Below are positions 13,165-24,840 of a DNA stretch of 64,000 bases, in pieces. Position numbers and translations under genes: made by a program. Below the pieces are notes generated by a model. That model was not told the origin of the DNA. It searched no databases and saw only the letters and a program-made list of their open reading frames with translations. The stretch covers positions 23,622,001 to 23,686,000 of the forward strand of contig OX597824.1 of assembly GCA_951406725.2 (NCBI GenBank), written 5' to 3'. Source of the DNA: Octopus vulgaris (lineage: Eukaryota). Position 1 is the stretch's first letter; each line of letters starts with the position of its first letter.

Positions 13165-13396
13165 TCTTTTACTCTTTTATTGTTTCAGTCATTTGACTGC
13201 GGCCATGCTGGAGCACGAGCCTTTAGTCTCGAGCAAATAGACCCCCAGGACTTATACTTTAAAGCCTAGTACTTATTCTATTGGTCTCTTTTGCCGAACC
13301 AGTAAGTTACGGGGACGTAAACAAACCAGCATCGGTTGTCAAGCGATGTTAGCGGGACAAACATAGATACACAAACACACACACACACATACACAC

Positions 13397-13483
<87 letters not shown>

Positions 13484-13646
13484 CGACAGGCTTTTTTCAG
13501 TTTACGTCTACCAAATCCACTCACAAGGCTTTGGTCGGCCCGATGCTATAGTAGAAGATACTTGTCCAAGGTGCCATGTAGTGGGACTGAACCCAGAAAC
13601 ATGTGGTTGGTAAGCAAGCTACTTACCACACAGCCATTCCTGCGCC
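13164..13646 (-). mobile_element. SINE family A, full length
   Basis: Head ends at CCTGCGCC; tail CTCTTTTACTCTTTT. Confidence 0.88.
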
Positions 13647-13652
13647 TATGTG

Positions 13653-13694
<42 letters not shown>

Positions 13695-13981
13695 TGTGTG
13701 TGTGCATGTGTGTGTACAATGAAAAATATTGCAATACAAATGTATTACTTTCCCAGAAAAATAAAGCACCGTAAAGATAGAGCACAAATATAAATATAGA
13801 TACAGATTAGTGGTACAACAAGGCACCAGTATCTACTGGAAATAGCTGTCGATACAAATACGACGCTATTGTAAAGCTTCACAGCGTATATATTGGCAAA
13901 GACGTGTGGGTGCAACAAACATGAAAATTTTGTCTTGCATCTAGGAAGAACATTCGATCAATGAACAAGCCAGAGTCGGAT

Positions 13982-14054
13982 AATGCAGGACCGGGTTCTG
14001 ACTCTTCAAATACGTTTGACAACATAAATTTGATCAGTCTTCATCAGCTGCATT
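13982..14054 (-). ncRNA. Type I hammerhead, slightly decayed
   Basis: Stem I AATGCAG/CTGCATT perfect; CTGATGA; stem II GACT..TCAAAT..ATTTGA..AGTC; GAA-CCCGGT-C (one change from GAA-ACCGGT-C, GUC site). Confidence 0.72.
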
Positions 14055-14055
14055 T

Positions 14056-14458
14056 ACTCTTTACTCTTTACTCTTTTACTTGTTACAGTCATTTGACTGC
14101 AGCCATGCTGGAGCACCGCCTTTAATCGAGCAACTCGACTCCGGGACTTATTCTTTGTAAGCCCAGTACTTTATTCTATCGGTCTCTTTTTTGCCGAACC
14201 GCTAAGTGACGGGGACATAAACACACCAGCATCGTTTGTCAAGCAATGCTAGTGGGACAAACACAAACATATACACACATATATATATATACATATATAC
14301 GACAGGCTTCTTTCAGTTTCCGTCTACCAAATCCACTCACAAAGCATTGGTCGGCCCGGGGCTATAGCAGAAGACACTTGCCCAAGATGCCACGCAGTGG
14401 GACTGAACCCGGAACCATGTGGTTGGTTAGCAACCTACTTACCACACAGCCACTCCTG
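14056..14458 (-). mobile_element. SINE family A
   Basis: Near-complete copy nested in the 13803-14703 element. Confidence 0.88.
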
Positions 14459-14713
14459 ATAATATTTCAACTGTTGTCACATCAATGCCAGTATACTCGC
14501 CTGAACACTCAGCCGTTAACAGAACGATAACAGTGAAAAAGTTTTCAAAGAAAACATATTACAATAGGTAAGACAACTTTTTCATGTTTGTTGCACTCAC
14601 AAGTCTTTGCTAGTATATACGCAGCGAAGCTTTACAATAGCGTCGTATTTGTATCGACTGCTATTTCCAGTAAATATTAGTGCCTTGTAGTACCACTAAT
14701 CCGTATTTATATT

Positions 14714-14744
<31 letters not shown>

Positions 14745-14776
14745 GTAAGTATGTATATATATGTATATATATACAT

Positions 14777-14934
14777 AGGAGTGGTTGTGTGGTAAGTAGC
14801 TTGTTCACCGGCCACATGGTTCCGGGTTCAGTCCCACTGCGTGGCACCTTGGGCAAGTGTCTTCTACTATCGCCTCGGGCCGACCAAAGCCTTGTGAGTG
14901 GATTTGGTAGACGGAAACTGAAAGAAGCCTGTCG

Positions 14935-14969
<35 letters not shown>

Positions 14970-15187
14970 GTATGTGTTTGTGTGTCTGTGTTTGTCCCCC
15001 TAGCATTGCTTGACAATCGATGCTGGTGTGTTTATGTCGCCGTTACTTAGCGGTTCGGCAAAAGAGACCGATAGAATATGTACTGGGCTTACAAAAGAAT
15101 AAGTCCCGGGGTCGAGTTGCTCGATTAAAGGCGGTGCTCCAGCATGGCCGCAGTCAAATGACTGAAACAAGTAAAAGAGTAAAAGAG
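14777..15187 (+). mobile_element. SINE family A
   Basis: Near-complete copy. Confidence 0.88.
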
Positions 15188-15217
<30 letters not shown>

Positions 15218-15219
<2 letters not shown>

Positions 15220-15291
15220 GTGCAGCCGATCTGTTTCATGGGTGCTCACCTTGTTCGTATTTATATGCATTCATTGGGTTATATTACACTG
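15218..15291 (-). ncRNA. Degenerate hammerhead-like motif
   Basis: Outer stem CAGTGTA/TGCACTG; core CCAATGA; stem II ATG...CAT; GAAACAGATC. Confidence 0.4.
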
Positions 15292-15489
15292 TTGATAGAA
15301 AAGGAGATTACTCCATAATCTTAAAATCAATTGATATGTAACTGAACTGTTTCCTGATTCTGTTTCGTTTATTTGCACGAGTGCGGCGCGTGTTCAAACT
15401 TTATTTTATGTTTATATCTTAAGGTAGATTTTAGGCATAGGCGTCTTTTTCTAGCATGCTGGTGATTCGTATACGTACTCGCTTGCCCT

Positions 15490-15541
<52 letters not shown>

Positions 15542-15600
15542 AAAAAATGAAGTTCGAAAATGCTGCTGTATTATACAATTTTTAATTTTTATATATACAT

Positions 15601-15645
15601 TATAACATGTTTCAGTTCCTGAAATGAACCTTATCAAAAATAGTT
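15601..15645 (-). ncRNA. Degenerate hammerhead-like motif
   Basis: TTGATAA core remnant; stem II GGTTC/GAACT; GAA; palindromic stem III ACATGT; GUU. Confidence 0.4.
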
Positions 15646-15989
15646 ATATATAAAAAAAGACAGCTCATGCCGTCACACACAAGAAATTCATTTATAATAC
15701 ACAACGGAGTCAGACATCTTAGAGTTCATGTATAGTTGATATATAGTTTGAAGTATATGTTCAAAGTGTTCGATGCAGTGGCCCACGGTGGCGATACGTA
15801 TTCAATACAAAAAACAGATCAAAGTGGTGGAAAGCGGTCAATACAGAAGATTGATGTTTCCGAAAGAGCGAGGAATTCATTTTTACCTTAAGCAATTGTG
15901 ATGACCCATGGTGGATGTTCGCTGGGTGGTTCTAGTGGGTTTTGTGAAGTGCTCGGTTTTATAATGCCTGTTAGGTGGTCAATCCAGCG

Positions 15990-16180
15990 TAGCGTGACGT
16001 CATCAACGTTTTGACCAATCGTTTCGTTAGGTGGCTTTAGTCAAGCAGAACGGGACGTCATCATTATTTTGACCAATCGCTGCATTATAACTGTCTCTTG
16101 TTTGTTTCCTGTCTTGACCAGTCGCTTCGTTAGTCAAGCAGAACGGGACGTCATCCAGATTCTGCCCAATCACGACTTAT
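15990..16180 (+). promoter_or_regulatory. Repeated GACGTCA + CCAAT cassette
   Basis: Three units GACGTCATC-n-CCAATC plus a partial fourth; function unproven. Confidence 0.35.
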
Positions 16181-16260
16181 AGCTACATTAGATCTGCCCC
16201 CTGTCTGTACTTATAACAATAATAAATCTCTGAACGAGATATAAACAGTAACCGCTCGAC

Positions 16261-16546
16261 AACGTAAGGGGTATTAGCCATCTGAATGTGGCTAGCCACT
16301 GCGGGGGTGGGGTGTTACTGATGCTTTTAGCCCCAGGCGATCAACGTCACCAGAAGGACTTTAGACACTATCTCAGTGCCCTTGTGTTATTTGCAAAGGG
16401 AGGTCATCCTCTTTGCAAATAACACAAGGGCACTGAGATAGTGTCTAAAGTCCTTCTGGTGACGTTGATCACCTGGGGCTAAAAGCATCAGTAACACCCA
16501 CCCACCCCAGTGGCTAGCCACATTCAGATGGCTAATACCCCTTACG

Positions 16547-16548
<2 letters not shown>
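16261..16548. repeat. Near-perfect foldback, ~140-bp arms, ~5-nt loop
   Basis: AACGTAAGGGGTATTAGCC...GTTATTTGCAAAG is mirrored by CTTTGCAAATAAC...GGCTAATACCCCTTACGTT with few mismatches. Confidence 0.95.
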
Positions 16549-16590
<42 letters not shown>

Positions 16591-16599
16591 TGGCTGCCC

Positions 16600-17135
16600 T
16601 CTCGTTATCGAGTTTGGCCATTGCACGACGTTTAATCAATGTTGTTATCGTGCAATGTCTGTGCAAGAAGATTTTTTTTAAAGTGAGGAAAGGCTGTGCA
16701 CTGAGTCAATCCCACTCACTAAGCAACAGCAGCCAAAATCCGAAAAGAAGAACAAGTCAACATCATTGGTAACCACTGAGCCGCAGATTTATGTCGGAGT
16801 TATCCCAGTTACCTGAGTTACCTTCTCCTAGAAGGACGCCCTAACAAAGGCTAGGAGTCCTTCACTTCCAATGGTTTAACCGCGCGATCGGGTATTCAGT
16901 CCGATTATTTATATGTCGCCGCGCATGATACAGCCTTAAGACATTTATTGGATGGCCGTTGACTCTCAAGAGTTCCTCCGCCCTTTGACGGGTTTTGTTT
17001 TTCATCCCGCAGGGTGTCCCATAAAGACCCTCCTCACCAAGCAAGCTTGGTGGGGTTGCCGGTTTAGTCACCGACGATCCGACCATACAACAAGTTGTAC
17101 TGGGTTACATGTTACTAGTAGCACTCGAAAGTGAC
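16600..17135 (-). mobile_element. Probable RTE-type LINE 5' UTR remnant
   Basis: Minus strand contains GGCAACCCC, GGCGGAGGAA...GAGTCAACGG and TTAGGGC.TCC.TCTAGGAGAAGG, recalled as RTE 5' UTR-like; no ORF support. Confidence 0.4.
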
Positions 17136-17143
17136 CTGACATA

Positions 17144-17223
<80 letters not shown>

Positions 17224-17519
17224 TTGTTATATTAAGAGCATTATAGTAACACATGCTATTCACATATCAATGTTATATGGTGCCTCTTTCGAAAATTCTA
17301 AAAGCGAATTATTGAATATGAATAGTTAATCTTATGAATAAACTTAAACTTGATAAAGTGTACAAACAGCTGACTAATAAAACGCTTTATTTCATATTAT
17401 TTTAAGAGATTCTGTCACATTAACAGTATCTATGTGTTTGTAACCGCTGGATTGTTATTGAGAGAGAAAATTGTTATATGTTGAAATAATGGAATAATTA
17501 ATAGTATTAATAACATAAA

Positions 17520-17891
17520 TCTCTCTCTACATAAACGGCAGTTTGTCTGTGTGTGTGTCTGTGTGTCTGTTAGGTTGTACCCTCACCCTGACCACGGCTT
17601 TCAACCGATTCTGATGAAACTTGATACACACATAGCCCAATGTCATAATTCAAAACTAACGTAGCGAAAATTTTGAAAAGTTCCCCCAGTTCTGAAAAGA
17701 ATCGATAAATTCGACATGGGGTCGAGAATTAGAAACACAAACCACAGACTGTCTAGGGGACGCAACTCGACCTTTTTAACTAAAAAAAAATTTACCATAA
17801 TTTTTTTCCCATTTTTTTGGCTATAACTCTCTAAAAATGCTTTATAGTTATTTCCTTTACAAACCCGAGCAACGCCGGGTGATACTGCTAG
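17520..17891 (+). mobile_element. Non-autonomous Helitron (chimeric ends)
   Basis: A|TC start; first ~250 bp match 50190-50436; 3' hairpin CCCGAGCAACGCCGGG and CTAG|T. Confidence 0.88.
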
Positions 17892-18054
17892 TATAGTATA
17901 ACACATTAGTGGATAAAATACGAAAATATACATTAAACCAGAAAAGAAATGAATGTGAGTTATGAAATGAAATGTGGTTTGCAATTAAGTTGAGACATGG
18001 AAAATAGTGCAAGTTTGAATATGAAATTGGGGAAAGGAAATAAAGACGTAACTG

Positions 18055-18197
18055 TTCATGGCTGTGAGGTTTAGAAGTTCGGTTAACAACCAAATGATAT
18101 CGTGTTCAATCCCATTGCGTGGCATTTTGTGTTTGAATTTGATTAACGAAAACTATGTGAAAATTTGTCGTATATGTGTGTTTGTTTGTTTGTGTAT

Positions 18198-18242
<45 letters not shown>

Positions 18243-18490
18243 AAGGGGTGAAACACAGAGACAGAGAGAGTCTGTATGTTTTTGTGTTTGTCTCTCTGCA
18301 CCCTCAGCTTGGCAACCGGTATTTGGCTTTGATTACAACCTTGTAACTTAGCGGTTTGGCAAAAGAAACCGATAGAATAAGTGCCAGACTTTAAAAAAAG
18401 AAAGAAGCACTGAGATTGATTTTTTTACCACTTACCTTATCAAGACAGTTCCCCAGCATGGCCGCAGTCCCCTGACTGAAACAAATAGAT
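18055..18490 (+). mobile_element. SINE family A, old diverged copy
   Basis: Degenerate head, TAACTTAGCGGTTTGGCAAAAGA.ACCGATAGAATAAGT, CCAGCATGGCCGCAGTC. Confidence 0.65.
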
Positions 18491-18802
18491 GAGTGGATAA
18501 ATCACGAACATGATAAAGATATAAAATAAACCAGAATATAAATATTCGTAGGGTATCAAAGGTTGGTTAAAATTAAGTTGAGATAGAAAATATGCTCTGT
18601 ACTTTCTGGACATGCCTGCTGTTTCCACGAATGAGAGATGAGTAAGACATCATCTCTGAACATCAGCATCATCTCTGAACTGAACGAAGTAACTATCGCC
18701 CATCTCCGCTGCCACCAGTGCTTTACTATTTTGCTCTCTCCTTTCTCCTCATTCAAGCTGTGACCAGGACTGTCGCGGCTTTCAATGAGGTAATGATGTT
18801 TG

Positions 18803-19233
18803 GGATCTTTTCGGTTTGAACGGCAGTTTTTCCTAGCGGTGTCATATCAAAATTGTCACCCATAATTATAAACCCTAGAATCGATCTATTGCATTTCAAT
18901 CTCTTTTAGGGTTAGGGTTAGTTAGGATTAGGGTTAGTGGTGGGGGGAATGGTATCTTTTTTCTTCACAAACGTAAATAAACCCAATCTGTTTCTTAAAC
19001 GAAGGACATATTCATACGGCACAGAATGCTTTTTAACTCAATAGACGTCACAGATTGGTTGAAATTGCAGAAATTGAAAAAAAAACAACAAATATCTTAC
19101 AAACTATAGAATTTTCTCAATAAAGCCAAGAGAAAAATATGTTTTATAAACACATTCTACCAGTATACGAAGCTTAAAATTTTTAGTTACATAGAAATTA
19201 TGCTAAAAACTGCCGGTCAAACCGAAAAAATCC
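18803..19233. mobile_element. MITE with 8-bp TSD and GG termini (Merlin-like)
   Basis: TIR GGATCTTTTCGGTTTGAACGGCAGTTTTT / AAAAACTGCCGGTCAAACCGAAAAAATCC; TSD GATGTTTG at 18795-18802 and 19234-19241; internal TTAGGG-like run. Confidence 0.85.
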
Positions 19234-19395
19234 GATGTTTGTGCTGGTGTCTTGTTTTCCTGAACAATCTGCACGATAATAGCTATTATTGCAGTGAAAA
19301 TGACTTATGCAGAGTCAGTCCCACTTTCTCGCCCTTTAAACTTGTATTTGTCTGGGACAACAAATGCCACGAATCTTGTAGGATTTGTAGGGAGT

Positions 19396-19707
19396 TGCCT
19401 TCTCAATCATTTTTTTTTTTTTGCCTATGGAGACCTTTGATTAGTATTTTTTTCCTGCCATTCGATTTTTAGAAACTTCTTTCAAACTCCCTATTTTGAT
19501 TTTTAAACATTAACTTGTGTAGGTTGAACTATGAAAAATTTTTGAGAAAGAAAGCTAGCTATTTCTTGTAATATATACCAAAGCAACATTTTTCAGGGGC
19601 CCTTACAAGATTATTGTTGATTCCCAATTTACTGTTTTATTGTACAGACCTCCAAAAGTTTTACATGGACCCAAAGGGGATACATGGACATCGGTTAAGC
19701 ATCACTG
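19396..19707 (+). mobile_element. hAT-type MITE, diverged copy
   Basis: Aligns along its length with 21883-22232; ends GGTTAAGCATCACTG. Confidence 0.7.
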
Positions 19708-20497
19708 TTTTAGATAAACAGCTAAAGAGCTAAAAGGCTTCATTTTCCCTTGGGTCAGTTGTGGTGCCCGTGAGCGACCTTCTCCCAGAAGAATTACCGT
19801 GACCTAATTGATTCTTAGCTAGGATCTTGGCAGGTGGTACTAGTCCAGGTCACACTAGATCTGGGGTAAATTAGTGGCTAAGAGGTGGCTGGTTTGAAAC
19901 TTCAAACACGCGAACTCCTAAATCAGGGCACCAATACCGGATGCACTTTAAAATCGTAACCAGGGAAAAAAATTACAAATTTAAATAAGAAGCTGTACAA
20001 AAACATTAAACAACCAAAAAAGTATAACGAAAAATTCTCATCCAAACTTGGGTACAGCTAGAGATAAATGCAAAAACATGCTATTAAATTCAATAAATGT
20101 GCAGAAGAGAATATTTTAGAATAAGAATTAGAATGCAAATTGTTATAATGTAATATTAAATTGGATTTAAATAAACAAGGGGGGAAAAGGGGCCGTCAAG
20201 ATAAAAATGTACGAAGGCACCAGTTTAGTTAAAGCAATGTATATGATTGTATAATCTCGAAGAATTATTGAGAATACAAATAAATAATCAGTTGAATTAA
20301 CGATGGTGGAAAACAAATTGTTATAAAATTAAACTACGGTAACATCAAATTAATGAAGCTTTCATAATTTGATGGTTAAACAGGAATTTCTACGTTGTTA
20401 ATTTGATATGTAAATGAAAATAATAACTGGAGGGGGCGAAGGAAAATTGAGTCTAGATATTTAAACAATTGAATGATTGAATTGAATGCGGAACTCT

Positions 20498-20515
20498 ATA
20501 ATAATAATAATAATG

Positions 20516-20600
<85 letters not shown>

Positions 20601-20626
20601 TAATAATGAATGATAATAATAATGAT
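20498..20626. repeat. (AAT)n microsatellite
   Basis: Directly visible. Confidence 0.97.
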
Positions 20627-21309
20627 AAAACTGTTCTGCGTTTCACATCTTATTGGATTGTGTCTGTTAAGGAATGACTTATTTCAAGAAATGTACTTTT
20701 AACTGTTTGCAGCAATGAACTACGCATTGAATATGCGTTTTATCTAGGTGAATATAAAACGGAATTTAATTTATGTAATATAATATAATATTTAAAAAAA
20801 TAAGATAAGGAACAATGTACTGACATATTAGAGCAAGAATGCGGGTGTATGTTCAATAAAATATTACCTGCTTGCTAAAAAAAAAAAAATTAATAGTTTT
20901 GAAGTGTTTTAATATTTTAAAATATGTGCGTTTTATAGTCATATTTTTGCTTTATATGCAGTGTTTTTTCTTTATTGTACACCTCACTAAGTTTAAGGTT
21001 TATTTCAACGAACATTAAGAAGCACTATTCTGCCAAATATATTGATTTTCCAGGAAGTTTCGGTTGCGTTTTTCAAATATCTCCATATAAACATTTTTTT
21101 TTTTGACGTACAGTACATTTTGCTGAATATCTTTGTATATAAGTGCAAGCATGGCAGCGTGGTTAAGAGGCTTGCTTCGCAACCATTGTGGGTTTCGGAT
21201 TCCATTCCGCTGTGCACCAACTTAGGCAAGTATATCCTTCGTAGCACCACATAGACCAATACCTCGTGAATTAAATTGATAGTCAGAAGATCTGCGGAAG
21301 ACTGTCGTG

Positions 21310-21736
21310 CACATACATACATACATACATACATACATACATACATACATACATACATACATACACACATACATACATACATACATACATACATACATAC
21401 ATGCATACATACATACATACATACATACATACATACATACATACATACATGCATACATACATGCATACATACATACATACATGCATACATACATTGACAT
21501 ACATACATACATACATGCATACATACATACATGCATGCATGCATACATACATACATACATACATACATACATACATACATACATACATACATACATACAT
21601 ACATACATACATACATACATACATGCATACATACATTGACATACATACATACAAACATACATGCATGCATACATACATACATACATACATACATACATAC
21701 ATACATACATACATACATACATGCATGCATGCATGC
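21310..21736. repeat. (CATA)n microsatellite
   Basis: Directly visible; follows a decayed SINE A head at ~21145-21308. Confidence 0.96.
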
Positions 21737-21882
21737 GTATGTGTGTGTGTAAATTCCCTGTTTACAAAAGCTTCCACTTTATATATTCCGATCACAATAA
21801 ACAAATTTGTTAGAAAAATCCAGACACACATGGATAAAACCAGTTACGATATGTAAGTTAAAACGATTTCATCCATTTAAAT

Positions 21883-22232
21883 CAGGGGTTCTCAACCATT
21901 TTTTTTTATCTATGGACCCCTTCGATTGCCATTCTGTTCTGGTTGACCCTCCATAGCCATTCAATGCTTAAAAGCTAGTTTTATAGACCCTTCTTTCAAA
22001 ATTCCTATTTTATATTCCACACATCAACTCGTGTGGCTGGGGCAATCTATAATACGAAAGAAACCTAGCTGTTTCTTGCAATACATACTAACACATTCAT
22101 CTAAAGCAAAATTTTCTCAGGGGCCCTAAAAATAGTATTGTGAATCCCCAATTTATTATTTTGCTGCGTGGACCACTAAAAATCTTATATGGGTCCTCAA
22201 GGGGCCTTATGGATCCTGGTTGAGAATCACTG
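21883..22232. mobile_element. hAT-type MITE
   Basis: TIR CAGGGGTTCTCAACC / GGTTGAGAATCACTG; 8-bp TSD ATTTAAAT (21875-21882, 22233-22240). Confidence 0.88.
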
Positions 22233-22359
22233 ATTTAAATGAAACGACATGTTTCTGTCAATGTTTTTTTTTTTGGTTGCATTTACACCTATTTTCTGCT
22301 CATATAATACAACCTGTACAAAAACTTTATTCATATTATTTACATTATAGGCGTAGGAG

Positions 22360-22562
22360 TGTGTGTGTCTGTGTTTGCTCCCCCAACATCGCTTGACAAC
22401 CGATGCTGGTGTGTTTACATTCCCGCAACTTAGCGGTTCGGTAAAAGAGACTGATAGAATAAGTACTAGGCTTACAAAGAATAAGTCCTGGGGTTGATGT
22501 GCTCGACTAAAGGCACTTCTCCAGCATGACCACAATCAAATGACTGAAACAAGTAAAAGAGT
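22360..22562 (+). mobile_element. SINE family A, 3' half
   Basis: Body and AAGTAAAAGAG tail. Confidence 0.8.
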
Positions 22563-22600
22563 ACATTTGACGAATATTTGTCCGTATCTTGTTTATTGTT

Positions 22601-22646
22601 AACACAACGTTTCGGCAGTTATACCCACCAGCCTTCATCAGGTGTC
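22601..22646 (-). ncRNA. Minimal type I hammerhead ribozyme, canonical core
   Basis: Stem I GACAC/GTGTT; CTGATGA; stem II GGCTG..CTGCC; GAA; palindromic ACGT; GUU site. Confidence 0.8.
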
Positions 22647-22693
22647 TTGGGGAAATTGCGAACCTGGGTTCTCATTCCTAAGGTATTTTTCGA

Positions 22694-22787
<94 letters not shown>

Positions 22788-22837
22788 ACATCAAAAAATA
22801 CCTTAGCAATGAGAACCCAGGTTTGAAATTTACCCAA

Positions 22838-22883
22838 GATACCTGATAAAGGCTGGAGGGCATATCAGCCGAAACGTTGTGTT
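22838..22883 (+). ncRNA. Minimal type I hammerhead, G8A-mutated
   Basis: GATAC-CTGATAA-A-GGCTG..CAGCC-GAA-ACGT-T-GTGTT. Confidence 0.7.
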
Positions 22884-23386
22884 AATAACAAACAAGATGA
22901 GGACAAATATCCGTCAAACGTAAATAATGTAAATGATGTAAATAATGTACAGAATTGCTCATTTCTTAAATATAAAACTATACAGAAACCTCTTACTATT
23001 TTTTTTATTGTGTTTGTGTGTGTGTGGGGCGGGGTGTTAAATATTAATCTCACAATCAGAGGGAAAACGTTAAGATTTGCTGGGTATTTCCTGTTTTAGA
23101 AAAATATTGGTTTCAGATTTTGGCACGTGTTCAACAATTTGGTCGACAACTTCGTGTTATAGATTGCCCCAGCCGGGGCGGTGTGTTGTGTTCTGGCGCA
23201 AAAAACACTTCATTTAATCTTTTTCCAGTTCTCTGAGCTGTAAATGAGTAACCCCATAGCGAATTGATGACACGTTTCAGTGAAGGTGGTGGTGGTGGTG
23301 GTGGTGGGGAGAGAATATAGTTATCTCGGTCACTTATGCACTACAGAAACTGGGAAAAACCAGGAGTCGAGATAGCAATGTCTAGG

Positions 23387-23399
23387 GGCTGTTGCTGCT

Positions 23400-23430
<31 letters not shown>

Positions 23431-23690
23431 ATGATGATCATGATGATGATCATGGTGACGATGACGATGATGATGACGATGACGATGATGATGACGATGA
23501 TGTCGATGATGATGATGACGATGATGATGACGACGATGATGACGATGACGATGATGATGATGCCGATGATAATGATGACGATGATGATGATGAAGATGAC
23601 GATGATGACGATGATGATGACGATGATGATGATAATGACTACGATAATGATGATGATGACGACGACGACGACGACGATTATGATGATGTC
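23387..23690. repeat. (CTG)n then (GAT/GAC)n microsatellite
   Basis: Directly visible. Confidence 0.95.
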
Positions 23691-23914
23691 TTAAAACAGT
23701 ATTTATACATTGGACACGTACATTAAATGAACAAACGTATTAAATAGATCTCCGTCACGTTCGACTATCGGTATTTAGTTATTCGATCAACCGAACAGTC
23801 GGTCCCTTCCTTTGAATCAGACGCGTGTAGTGAGTACCCTTAAAGTAATTCTAGTGTAGAATCAGCGTTAGAATACGGAGGGAGCTTTAAATTAAGTGTA
23901 CAATCCATTCTGCA

Positions 23915-24840
23915 AGCTTCCAAGCTATTTCTGTTCACCCACGTTTAATAGGTGATAAGAAATAGGTCGATAGACACCATGATAAAAACAGGGAGCTACG
24001 CAGTGAGATCGATCTCAAGCATTCGTAATTGTGAAACAAGTCTCTTAACTACACAAAATAAGCTTCCAAACTGTTTTTATCAACCCGCTTTCATTCATAA
24101 GACGTAAGTCGACTCGAAGTAATCATAAAAACACACTTGCTCAAGATGTCACGCAGCGGGATCGATCCCGAGATTTCGAAATTGTAAAGTAAACCTCTTA
24201 ACTACTCAGAATAAGTCTCCAAACTGTTTCGTATTTCTTTATTGCCCACAAGGGGCTAAACATAGAGGAGACAAACAAGGTCAGACACATGGATTAAGTC
24301 GATTATATCGACCCCTATGCATAACTGGTACTTATTTAATCGACCCCGAAAGGATGAAAGGCAAGGTCGACCTCGGCGGAATTTGAACTCAGAACGTAGC
24401 GGCAGACGAAATACCTGTTTCTTTATTACCCAAAAGGGACTAAACATAGAGGGGACGAACAAGGACAGACAAACGGATTAAGTCGATTACATCGACCCCA
24501 GTGTGTAACTGGTATTTAATTTATCAACCTCAAAAGGTTGAAAGGCATAGTCGACCTCGGCGGAATTTGAACTCAGAACGTAACGGCAGACGAAATACCG
24601 CTAAGCATTTCGCCCGGCGTGCTAACGATTCTGCCAGCTCGCCACCTTTATCCAAACTGTTTCTGTCAACCCACTTTCTCTCACAAGGGGCAGTGACCGA
24701 TTGGAAACCAAAATAAAATATATATAAAAAAATTAAATCACAAAAAAAAAAAAAAAAAAATCCCGCTCAGCCAAAATGTCGCGCCGCGAGATTGATCCCG
24801 AGATGTCGTAATTGCAAAGCGAAATTCTTAACTTCAGAAT
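23915..24840 (-). repeat. Three ~150-bp tandem units (decayed SINE-head-like), interrupted by SINE B
   Basis: TCCAAACTGTTT...CGCAGCGGGATCGATCCCGAGAT.TCG.AATTG.AAAG..AA..TCTTAACT recurs three times. Confidence 0.6.
24231..24650 (-). mobile_element. SINE family B dimer with 13-bp TSD
   Basis: TSD TCCAAACTGTTTC at 24218-24230 and 24651-24663; one head and two bodies. Confidence 0.9.

Larger units (their letters stand above)
13803..14703 (-). mobile_element. Non-coding element with ~90-bp inverted termini and an internal HHR; interrupted by a SINE
   Basis: 13803-13890 is the reverse complement of 14614-14703; TA at both outer ends. Confidence 0.75.
22564..22921. mobile_element. Inverted pair of HHR-bearing pseudo-LTR-like repeats around (ATT)n
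   Basis: 22564-22698 is the reverse complement of 22786-22921 (somewhat diverged); each arm has an HHR. Confidence 0.85.

Noticed and set aside
17611-17625. CTGATGA in the Helitron 5' end (also ~50277)
   Set aside because: No stem II, GAAA or stem III arrangement follows, so it is not a hammerhead.
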